The position numbers and the translations under genes were made by a program. Shown here piece after piece: positions 52,790 to 64,000 of a stretch of 64,000 nucleotides of DNA. The DNA is from Eledone cirrhosa (lineage: Eukaryota), in assembly GCA_964016885.1 (NCBI GenBank), contig OZ024741.1, positions 340,566,001 through 340,630,000 of the forward strand, written 5' to 3'. The notes under the pieces are model-generated. The model worked only from the letters and a program-made list of their open reading frames with translations, was not told the origin of the DNA and did no database searches. Positions within the stretch are counted from its first letter, which is position 1, and every line of letters begins with the position of its first letter.

Positions 52790-55700
52790 CAGTAATACTG
52801 TGAGGGTCTTGACTGTTCCACACCTCAGCCTCGCTATCACCTACAGTAATGCTGTGAGTATCTTGACTGTTCCACACCTCAGCCTCGCTATCACCTACAG
52901 TAATGCTGTGAGGGTCTTGACTGTTCCACACCTCAGCCTCTCTATCACCTACAGTAATGCTGTGAGTATCTTGACTGTTCCACACCTCAGCCTCTCTATC
53001 ACCTACAGTAATGCTGGGAGTATCTTGACTGTTCCACACCTCAGCCTCGCTATCAACTACAGTAATGCTGTGAGTATCTTGACTGTTCCACACCTCAGCC
53101 TCGCTATCACCTACAGTAATACTGTGAGTATCTTGACTGTTCCACACCTCAGCCTCTCTATCACCTACAGTAATGCTGTGAGTATCTTGACTGTTCCACA
53201 CCTCAGCCTCTCTATCACCTACAGTAATTCTGTGAGTATCTTGACTGTTCCACACCTCAGCCTCGCTATCACCTACGATAATGCTGTGAGTATCTTGACT
53301 GTTCCACACCTCAGCCTCGCTATTACCTACAGTAATACTGTGAGTATCTTGACTGTTCCACACCTCAGCCTCTCTATCACCTACAGTAATGCTGTGAGTA
53401 TCTTGACTGTTCCACACCTCAGTCTCTCTATCACCTACAGAACTGCTGTGAGGGTTTGACTGTTCCACACCTCAGCCTCTCTATCACCTACAGAACTGCT
53501 GTGAGGGTTTGACTGTTTCACACCTCAGCCTCTCTATCACCTACAGTAATGCTGTGAGTATCTTGACTGTTCCACACCTCAGCCTCTCTATCACCTACAG
53601 TAATGTTGTGAGTATCTTGACTGTTCCACACCTCAGCCTCTCTATCACCTACAGTAATGCTGTGAGGGTTTGACTGTTCCACACCTCAGCCTCTCTATCA
53701 CCTACAGAATTGCTGTGAGGGTTTGACTGTTCCACACCTCAGCCTCTCTATCACCTACATTAATGCTGTGAGTATCTTGACTGTTCCACACCTCAGCCTC
53801 TCTATCACCTACAGTAATGTTGTGAGTATCTTGACTGTTCCACACCTCAGCCTCTCTATCACCTACAGTAATACTGTGAGTATCTTGACAGTTCCACACC
53901 TCAGCCTCGCTATCACCTACAGTAATGCTGTGAGGGTTTGACTGTTCCACACCTCAGCCTCTCTATCACCTACAGAATTGCTGTGAGGGTTTGACTGTTC
54001 CACACCTCAGCCTCTCTATCACCTACATTAATGCTGTGAGTATCTTGACTGTTCCACACCTCAGCCTCTCTATCACCTACAGTAATGTTGTGAGTATCTT
54101 GACTGTTCCACACCTCAGCCTCGCTATCACCTACAGTAATGCTGTGAGGGTCTTGACTGTTCCACACCTCAGCCTCTCTATCACCTACAGTAATGCTGTG
54201 AGTATCTTGACTGTTCCACACCTCAGCCTCTCTATCACCTACAGTAATGCGGGGAGTATCTTGACTGTTCTACACCTCAGCCTCTCTATCACCTACAGTA
54301 ATGCTGTGAGTATCTTGACTGTTCCACACCTCAGCCTCTCTATCACCTACAGTAATGCTGTGAGTATCTTGACTGTTCCACACCTCAGCCTCGCTATCAC
54401 CTACAGTAATGCTGTGAGGGTCTTGACTGTTCCACACCTCAGCCTCTCTATCACCTACAGTAATGCGTTTAGTATCTTGACTGTTCCACACCTCAGCCTT
54501 GCTATCATCTTCAGTAATGCTGTGAGGGTCTTGACTGTTCTACACCTCAGCCTCTCTATCACCTACAGTAATGCTGTGAGTATCTTGACTGTTCCACACC
54601 TCAGCCTCTCTATCACCTACAGTAATGTTGTGAGTATCTTGACTGTTCCACACCTCAGCCTCTCTATCACCTACAGTAATGCTGTGAGTATCTTGACTGT
54701 TCCACACCTCAGCCTTGCTATCATCTACAGTAATGCTGTGAGGGTCTTGACTGTTCTACACCTCAGCCTCTCTATCACCTACAGTAATGCCGTGAGTATC
54801 TTGACTGTTCCACACCTCAGCCTCGCTATCACCTACAGTAATGCTGTGAGTATCTTGACTGTTCCACACCTCAGCCTCTCTATCACCTACAGTAATGCTG
54901 TGAGTATCTTGACTGTTCCACACCTCAGCCTCGCTATCACCTACAGTAATGCTGTGAGTATCTTGACTGTTCCACACCTCAGCCTCTCTATCACCTACAG
55001 TAATGTTGTGAGTATCTTGACTGTTCCACACCTCAGCCTCTCTATCACCTACAGTAATGCTGTGAGTATCTTGACTGTTCCACACCTCAGCCTCTCTATC
55101 ACCTACAGTAATGTTGTGAGTATCTTGACTGTTCCACACCTCAGCCTCGCTATCACCTACAGTAATGCTGTGAGTATCTTGACTGTTCCACACCTCAGCC
55201 TCTCTATCACCTACAGTAATGCTGTGAGTATCTTGACTGTTCCACACCTCAGCCTCTCTATCACCTACAGTAATGCTGTGAGTATCTTGACTGTTCCACA
55301 CCTCAGCCTCGCTATCACCTACAGTAATGTTGTGAGTATCTTGACTGTTCCACACCTCAGCCTCGCTATCACCTACAGTAATGCTGTGAGTATCTTGACA
55401 GTTCCACACCTCAGCCTCGCTATCACCTACAGTAATGCTGTGAGTATCTTCACTGTTCCACACCTCAGCCTCGCTATCACCTACAGTAATGCTGTGAGTA
55501 TCTTGACTGTTCCACACCTCAGTCTCTCTATCACCTACAGAACTGCTGTGAGGGTCTTGACTGTTCCACACCTCAGCCTCTCTATCACCTACAGTAATAC
55601 TGTGAGGGTCTTGACTGTTCCACACCTCAGCCTCGCTATCACCTACAGTAATGCTGTGAGTATCTTGACTGTTCCACACCTCAGCCTCGCTATCACCTAC

Positions 55701-58390
55701 AGTAATGCTGTGAGGGTCTTGACTGTTCCACACCTCAGCCTCTCTATCACCTACAGTAATGCTGTGAGTATCTTGACTGTTCCACACCTCAGCCTCTCTA
55801 TCACCTACAGTAATGCTGGGAGTATCTTGACTGTTCCACACCTCAGCCTCGCTATCAACTACAGTAATGCTGTGAGTATCTTGACTGTTCCACACCTCAG
55901 CCTCGCTATCACCTACAGTAATACTGTGAGTATCTTGACTGTTCCACACCTCAGCCTCTCTATCACCTACAGTAATGCTGTGAGTATCTTGACTGTTCCA
56001 CACCTCAGCCTCTCTATCACCTACAGTAATTCTGTGAGTATCTTGACTGTTCCACACCTCAGCCTCGCTATCACCTACGATAATGCTGTGAGTATCTTGA
56101 CTGTTCCACACCTCAGCCTCGCTATTACCTACAGTAATACTGTGAGTATCTTGACTGTTCCACACCTCAGCCTCTCTATCACCTACAGTAATGCTGTGAG
56201 TATCTTGACTGTTCCACACCTCAGTCTCTCTATCACCTACAGAACTGCTGTGAGGGTTTGACTGTTCCACACCTCAGCCTCTCTATCACCTACAGAACTG
56301 CTGTGAGGGTTTGACTGTTTCACACCTCAGCCTCTCTATCACCTACAGTAATGCTGTGAGTATCTTGACTGTTCCACACCTCAGCCTCTCTATCACCTAC
56401 AGTAATGTTGTGAGTATCTTGACTGTTCCACACCTCAGCCTCTCTATCACCTACAGTAATGCTGTGAGGGTTTGACTGTTCCACACCTCAGCCTCTCTAT
56501 CACCTACAGAATTGCTGTGAGGGTTTGACTGTTCCACACCTCAGCCTCTCTATCACCTACATTAATGCTGTGAGTATCTTGACTGTTCCACACCTCAGCC
56601 TCTCTATCACCTACAGTAATGTTGTGAGTATCTTGACTGTTCCACACCTCAGCCTCTCTATCACCTACAGTAATACTGTGAGTATCTTGACAGTTCCACA
56701 CCTCAGCCTCGCTATCACCTACAGTAATGCTGTGAGGGTTTGACTGTTCCACACCTCAGCCTCTCTATCACCTACAGAATTGCTGTGAGGGTTTGACTGT
56801 TCCACACCTCAGCCTCTCTATCACCTACATTAATGCTGTGAGTATCTTGACTGTTCCACACCTCAGCCTCTCTATCACCTACAGTAATGTTGTGAGTATC
56901 TTGACTGTTCCACACCTCAGCCTCGCTATCACCTACAGTAATGCTGTGAGGGTCTTGACTGTTCCACACCTCAGCCTCTCTATCACCTACAGTAATGCTG
57001 TGAGTATCTTGACTGTTCCACACCTCAGCCTCTCTATCACCTACAGTAATGCGGGGAGTATCTTGACTGTTCTACACCTCAGCCTCTCTATCACCTACAG
57101 TAATGCTGTGAGTATCTTGACTGTTCCACACCTCAGCCTCTCTATCACCTACAGTAATGCTGTGAGTATCTTGACTGTTCCACACCTCAGCCTCGCTATC
57201 ACCTACAGTAATGCTGTGAGGGTCTTGACTGTTCCACACCTCAGCCTCTCTATCACCTACAGTAATGCGTTTAGTATCTTGACTGTTCCACACCTCAGCC
57301 TTGCTATCATCTTCAGTAATGCTGTGAGGGTCTTGACTGTTCTACACCTCAGCCTCTCTATCACCTACAGTAATGCTGTGAGTATCTTGACTGTTCCACA
57401 CCTCAGCCTCTCTATCACCTACAGTAATGTTGTGAGTATCTTGACTGTTCCACACCTCAGCCTCTCTATCACCTACAGTAATGCTGTGAGTATCTTGACT
57501 GTTCCACACCTCAGCCTTGCTATCATCTACAGTAATGCTGTGAGGGTCTTGACTGTTCTACACCTCAGCCTCTCTATCACCTACAGTAATGCCGTGAGTA
57601 TCTTGACTGTTCCACACCTCAGCCTCGCTATCACCTACAGTAATGCTGTGAGTATCTTGACTGTTCCACACCTCAGCCTCTCTATCACCTACAGTAATGC
57701 TGTGAGTATCTTGACTGTTCCACACCTCAGCCTCGCTATCACCTACAGTAATGCTGTGAGTATCTTGACTGTTCCACACCTCAGCCTCTCTATCACCTAC
57801 AGTAATGTTGTGAGTATCTTGACTGTTCCACACCTCAGCCTCTCTATCACCTACAGTAATGCTGTGAGTATCTTGACTGTTCCACACCTCAGCCTCTCTA
57901 TCACCTACAGTAATGTTGTGAGTATCTTGACTGTTCCACACCTCAGCCTCGCTATCACCTACAGTAATGCTGTGAGTATCTTGACTGTTCCACACCTCAG
58001 CCTCTCTATCACCTACAGTAATGCTGTGAGTATCTTGACTGTTCCACACCTCAGCCTCTCTATCACCTACAGTAATGCTGTGAGTATCTTGACTGTTCCA
58101 CACCTCAGCCTCGCTATCACCTACAGTAATGTTGTGAGTATCTTGACTGTTCCACACCTCAGCCTCGCTATCACCTACAGTAATGCTGTGAGTATCTTGA
58201 CAGTTCCACACCTCAGCCTCGCTATCACCTACAGTAATGCTGTGAGTATCTTCACTGTTCCACACCTCAGCCTCGCTATCACCTACAGTAATGCTGTGAG
58301 TATCTTGACTGTTCCACACCTCAGTCTCTCTATCACCTACAGAACTGCTGTGAGGGTCTTGACTGTTCCACACCTCAGCCTCTCTATCAC
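52790..58390. repeat. Higher-order duplication, 2802-bp period
   Basis: Identical small ORFs at 53702/56504, 53970/56772 and 54270/57072 are each offset by 2802. Boundaries are approximate. Confidence 0.85.
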
Positions 58391-61300
58391 CTACAGTAAT
58401 GCTGTGAGTATCTTGACTGTTCCACACCTCAGCCTCGCTATCACCTACAGTAATGCTGTGAGTATCTTGACTGTTCCACACCTCAGCCTCGCTATCACCT
58501 ACAGTAATGTTGTGAGGGTCTTGACTGTTCCACACCTCAGCCTCGCTATCACCCACAGTAATACTGTGAGTATCTTGACTGTTCCACACCTCAGCATCGC
58601 TATCACCTACAGTAATGCTGTGAGTATCTTGACTGTTCCACACCTCAGCCTCGCTATCACCTACAGTAATGCTGTGAGGGTCTTGACTGTTCCACACCTC
58701 AGCCTCGCTATCACCTACAGTAATACTGTGAGTATCTTGACTGTTCCACACCTCAGCCTCGCTATCACCTACAGTAATGCTGTGAGTATCTTGACTGTTC
58801 CACACCTCAGCCTCGCTATCACCTACAGTAATGCTGTGAGTATCTTGACTGTTCCACACCTCAGTCTCTCTATCACCTACAGTAATGCTGTGAGTATCTT
58901 GACTGTTCCACACCTCAGCCTCGCTATCACCTACAGAACTGCTGTGAGGGTCTTGACTGTTCCACACCTCAGCCTCTCTATCACCTACAGTAATGCTGTG
59001 AGGGTCTTGACTGTTCCACACCTCAGCCTCGCTATCACCTACAGTAATGCTGTGAGTATCTTGACTGTTCCACACCTCAGCATCTCTATCACCTACAGTA
59101 ATGCTGTGAGTATCTTGACTGTTCCACACCTCAGCCTCTCTATCACCTACAGTAATGCTGTGAGTATCTTGACTGTTCCACACCTCAGCCTCGCTATCAC
59201 CTACAGTAATGCTGTGAGTATCTTGACTGTTCCACACCTCAGCCTCGCTATCACCTACAGTAATGCTGTGAGTATCTTGACTGTTCCACACCTCAGCCTC
59301 GCTATCACCTACAGTAATGCTGTGAGTATCTTGACTGTTCCACACCTCAGCCCCGCTATCACCTACAGTAATGCTGTGAGTATCTTGACTGTTCCACACC
59401 TCAGCCTCGCTATCACCTACAGAAATGCTGTGTGTATCTTGACTGTTCCACACCTCAGCCTCGCTATCACCTACAGTAATGCTGTGAGTATCTTGACTGT
59501 TCCACACCTCAGCCTCGCTATCACCTACAGTAATGCTGTGAGTATCTTGACTGTTCCACACCTCAGCCTCGCTATCACCTACAGTAATTCTGTGAGTATC
59601 TTGACTGTTCCACACCTCAGCCTCGCTATCACCTACAGTAATGATGTGAGGGTCTTGACTGTTCCACACCTCAGCCTCTCTATCACCTACAGTAATGTTG
59701 TGAGTATCTTGACTGTTCCACACCTCAGCCTCGCTATCACCTACAGTAATGCTGTGAGTATCTTGACTGTTCCACACCTCAGCCTCTCTATCACCTACAG
59801 TAATGTTGTGAGTATCTTGACTGTTCCACACCTCAGCCTCGCTATCACCTACAGTAATGCTGTGAGTATCTTGACTGTTCCACACCTCAGCCTCTCTATC
59901 ACCTACAGTAATGTTGTGAGTATCTTGACTGTTCCACACCTCAGCCGCGCTATCACCTACAGTAATGCTGTGAGGGTCTTGACTGTTCCACACCTCAGCC
60001 TCTCTATCACCTACAGTAATGCTGTGAGTACCTTGACTGTTCCACATTTCAGCCTCTCTATCACCTACAGTAATGCTGTGAGTATCTTGACTGTTCCACA
60101 CCTCAGCCTCGCTATCACCTACAGTAATGCTGTGAGTATCTTGACTGTTCCGCACCTCAGCCTCGCTATCACCTACAGTAATGCTGTGAGTATCTTGACA
60201 GTTCCACACCTCAGCCTCTCTATCACCTACAGTAATGCTGTGAGTATCTTGACTGTTCCACACCTCAGACTCGCTATCACCTACAGTAATGCTGTGAGTA
60301 TCTTGACTGTTCCACACCTCAGCCTCTCTATCACCCACAGTAATGCTGTGAGTATCTTGACTGTTCCAAACCTCAGCCTCGCTATCACCTACAGTAATGC
60401 TGTGAGTATCTTGACTGTTCCACACCTCAGCCTCTCTATCATCTACAGTAATGCTGTGAGTATCTTGACTGTTCCACACCTCAGCCTCACTATCACCTAC
60501 AGAACTGCTGTGAGTATCTTGACTGTTCCACACCTCAGCCTCTCTATCACCTACAGTAATGCTGTGAGTATCTTGACTGTTCCACACCTCAGCCTCGCTA
60601 TCACCTACAGTAATGCTGTGATTATCTTGACTGTTCCACACCTCAGTCTCGCTATCACCTACAGTAATGCTGTGAGTATCTTGACTGTTCCACACCTCAG
60701 TCTCTCTATCACCTACAGAACTGCTGTGAGGGTCTTGACTGTTCCACACCTCAGCCTCTCTATCACCTACAGTAATGCTGTGAGTATATTGACTGTTCCA
60801 CACCTCAGCCTCGCTATCACCTACAGTAATGCTGTGAGTATCTTGACTGTTCCGCACCTCAGCCTCGCTATCACCTACAGTAATGTTGTGAGGGTCTTGA
60901 CTGTTCCACACCTCAGCCTCGCTATCACCCACAGTAATGCTGTGAGTATCTTGACTGTTCCACACCTCAGCCTCGCTATCACCTACAGTAATGTTGTGAG
61001 GGTCTTGACTGTTCCACACCTCAGCCTCGCTATCACCCACAGTAATACTGTGAGTATCTTGACTGTTCCACACCTCAGCATCGCTATCACCTACAGTAAT
61101 GCTGTGAGTATCTTGACTGTTCCACACCTCAGCCTCGCTATCACCTACAGTAATGCTGTGAGGGTCTTGACTGTTCCACACCTCAGCCTCGCTATCACCT
61201 ACAGTAATACTGTGAGTATCTTGACTGTTCCACACCTCAGCCTCGCTATCACCTACAGTAATGCTGTGAGTATCTTGACTGTTCCACACCTCAGCCTCGC

Positions 61301-64000
61301 TATCACCTACAGTAATGCTGTGAGTATCTTGACTGTTCCACACCTCAGTCTCTCTATCACCTACAGTAATGCTGTGAGTATCTTGACTGTTCCACACCTC
61401 AGCCTCGCTATCACCTACAGAACTGCTGTGAGGGTCTTGACTGTTCCACACCTCAGCCTCTCTATCACCTACAGTAATGCTGTGAGGGTCTTGACTGTTC
61501 CACACCTCAGCCTCTCTATCACCTACAGTACTGTTGTGAGTATCTTGACTGTTCCACACCTCAGCCTCGCTATCACCTACAGTAATGCTGTGAGTATCTT
61601 GACTGTTCCACACCTCAGCCTCTCTATCACCTACAGTAATGCTGTGAGGGTCTTGACTGTTCCACACCTCAGCCTCTCTATCACCTACAGTACTGTTGTG
61701 AGTATCTTGACTGTTCCACACCTCAGCCTCGCTATCACCTACAGTAATGCTGTGAGTATCTTGACTGTTCAACACCTCAGCCTCTCTATCACCTACAGTA
61801 ATGCTGTGAGTATCTTGACTGTTCCACACCTCAGCCTCTCTATCACCTACAGTAATGCTGTGAGTATCTTGACTGTTCCACACCTCAGCCTCGCTATCAC
61901 CTACAGTAATGCTGTGAGTATCTTGACTGTTCCACACCTCAGCCTCGCTATCACCTACAGTAATGCTGTGAGTATCTTGACTGTTCCACACCTCAGCCTC
62001 GCTATCACCTACAGTAATGCTGTGAGTATCTTGACTGTTCCACACCTCAGCCCCGCTATCACCTACAGTAATGCTGTGAGTATCTTGACTGTTCCACACC
62101 TCAGCCTCGCTATCACCTACAGAAATGCTGTGAGTATCTTGACTGTTCCACACCTCAGCCTCGCTATCACCTACAGTAATGCTGTGAGTATCTTGACTGT
62201 TCCACACCTCAGCCTCGCTATCACCTACAGTAATGCTGTGAGTATCTTGACTGTTCCACACCTCAGCCTCGCTATCACCTACAGTAATTCTGTGAGTATC
62301 TTGACTGTTCCACACCTCAGCCTCGCTATCACCTACAGTAATGCTGTGAGGGTCTTGACTGTTCTACACCTCAGCCTCTCTATCACCTACAGTAATGCTG
62401 TGAGTATCTTGACTGTTCCACACCTCAGCCTCTCTATCACCCACAGTAATGCTGTGAGTATCTTGTCTGTTCCAAACCTCAGCCTCGCTATCACCTACAG
62501 TAATGCTGTGAGTATCTTGACTGTTCCACACCTCAGCCCCGCTATCACCTACAGTAATGCTGTGAGTATCTTGACTGTTCCACACCTCAGCCTCTCTATC
62601 ATCTACAGTAATACTGTGAGTATCTTAACTGTTCCACACCTCAGCCTCTCTATCACCTACAGTAATGCTGTGAGTATCTTGACTGTTCCACACCTCAGCC
62701 TCGCTGTCACCTACAGTAATGCTGTGAGTATCTTGACTGTTCCACACCTCAGCATCGCTATCACCTACAGTAATGCTGTGATTATCTTGACTGTTCCACA
62801 CCTCAGTCTCGCTATCACCTACAGTAATGCTGTGAGTATCTTGACTGTTCCACACCTCAGCCTCGCTGTCACCTACAGTAATGCTGTGAGTATCTTGACT
62901 GTTCCACACCTCAGCCTCGCTGTCACCTACAGTAATGCTGTGAGTATCTTGACTGTTCCACACCTCAGCCTCTCTATCACCTACAGTAATGCTGTGAGTA
63001 TCTTGACTGTTCCACACCTCAGCCTCGCTATCACCCACAGTAATGCTGTGAGTATCTTGACTGTTCCACACCTCAGTCTCGCTATCACCTACAGTAATGC
63101 TGTGAGTATCTTGACTGTTCCACACCTCAGCCTCGCTATCACCCACAGTAATGCTTTGAGTATCTTGACTGTTCCACACCTCAGCCTCGCTATCACCTAC
63201 AGTAATGCTGTGAGGGTCTTGACTGTTCCACACCTCAGCCTCGCTATCACCTACAGTAATACTGTGAGTATCTTGACTGTTCCACACCTCAGCCTCGCTA
63301 TCACCTACTGTAATGCTGTGAGTATCTTGACTGTTCCACACCTCAGCCTCGCTATCACCTACAGTAATGCTGTGAGTATCTTGACTGTTCCACACCTCAG
63401 TCTCTCTATCACCTACAGTAATGCTGTGAGTATCTTGACTGTTCCACACCTCAGCCTCGCTATCACCTACAGAACTGCTGTGAGGGTCTTGACTGTTCCA
63501 CACCTCAGCCTCTCTATCACCTACAGTAATGCTGTGAGGGTCTTGACTGTTCCACACCTCAGCCTCTCTATCACCTACAGTACTGTTGTGAGTATCTTGA
63601 CTGTTCCACACCTCAGCCTCGCTATCACCTACAGTAATGCTGTGAGTATCTTGACTGTTCCACACCTCAGCCTCTCTATCACCTACAGTAATGCTGTGAG
63701 GGTCTTGACTGTTCCACACCTCAGCCTCTCTATCACCTACAGTACTGTTGTGAGTATCTTGACTGTTCCACACCTCAGCCTCGCTATCACCTACAGTAAT
63801 GCTGTGAGTATCTTGACTGTTCAACACCTCAGCCTCTCTATCACCTACAGTAATGCTGTGAGTATCTTGACTGTTCCACACCTCAGCCTCTCTATCACCT
63901 ACAGTAATGCTGTGAGTATCTTGACTGTTCCACACCTCAGCCTCGCTATCACCTACAGTAATGCTGTGAGTATCTTGACTGTTCCACACCTCAGCCTCGC

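Larger units (their letters stand above)
14760..64000. repeat. 54-bp tandem satellite array, at least 49 kb (about 910 monomers), runs off the window end
   Basis: The consensus is ACTGTTCCACACCTCAGCCTC[G/T]CTATCACCTACAGTAATGCTGTGAGTATCTTG. Monomers are head-to-tail in a single orientation, with no insertions seen. Confidence 0.99.

Noticed and set aside
17237-56261. Giant plus-strand ORFs of (LTVPHLSLAITYSNAVSI)n as protein genes
   Set aside because: They start at TTG inside monomers, end at frameshifted monomers and have no unique domains. The frame has few codons one step from a stop, so long ORFs are expected by chance.
14760-64000. CRISPR array
   Set aside because: Monomers are contiguous with no unique spacers, there are no cas genes, and the context is eukaryotic.
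15400-64000. RAG/Transib RSS-like heptamers (CACAGC/CACAGT) in the monomer
   Set aside because: The match is only partial, with no nonamer at 12/23 spacing and no recombinase nearby.

Overview
Eukaryotic, repeat-dominated window with no recognisable host-gene exon. The SINE and RTE-LINE families resemble those I recall from octopod cephalopod genomes; this is an inference and no search was run. Positions 1-14.7 kb are AT-rich and packed with (TA)n/(CA)n microsatellites, tRNA-derived SINEs, decayed RTE LINEs and MITE-like hairpins. They also hold a cluster of Penelope-like retroelement (PLE) insertions. Two of these (1.9-3.2 kb and 4.1-6.3 kb) share one architecture: a minus-strand GIY-YIG endonuclease C-terminal remnant bracketed by inverted copies of the element 3' region, with (TA)n on both sides. 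Each inverted arm carries a hammerhead-ribozyme fold with a non-standard core (U4C in one family, a U3:A8 covariation in the other) and an enlarged stem II. From about 14.7 kb to the window end (about 49 kb, roughly 910 monomers) lies a single 54-bp tandem satellite. It has a decayed left edge, a dimorphic G/T site and nested higher-order duplications. Its stop-free frames produce the giant ORFs in the ORF track, which are most likely not genes.
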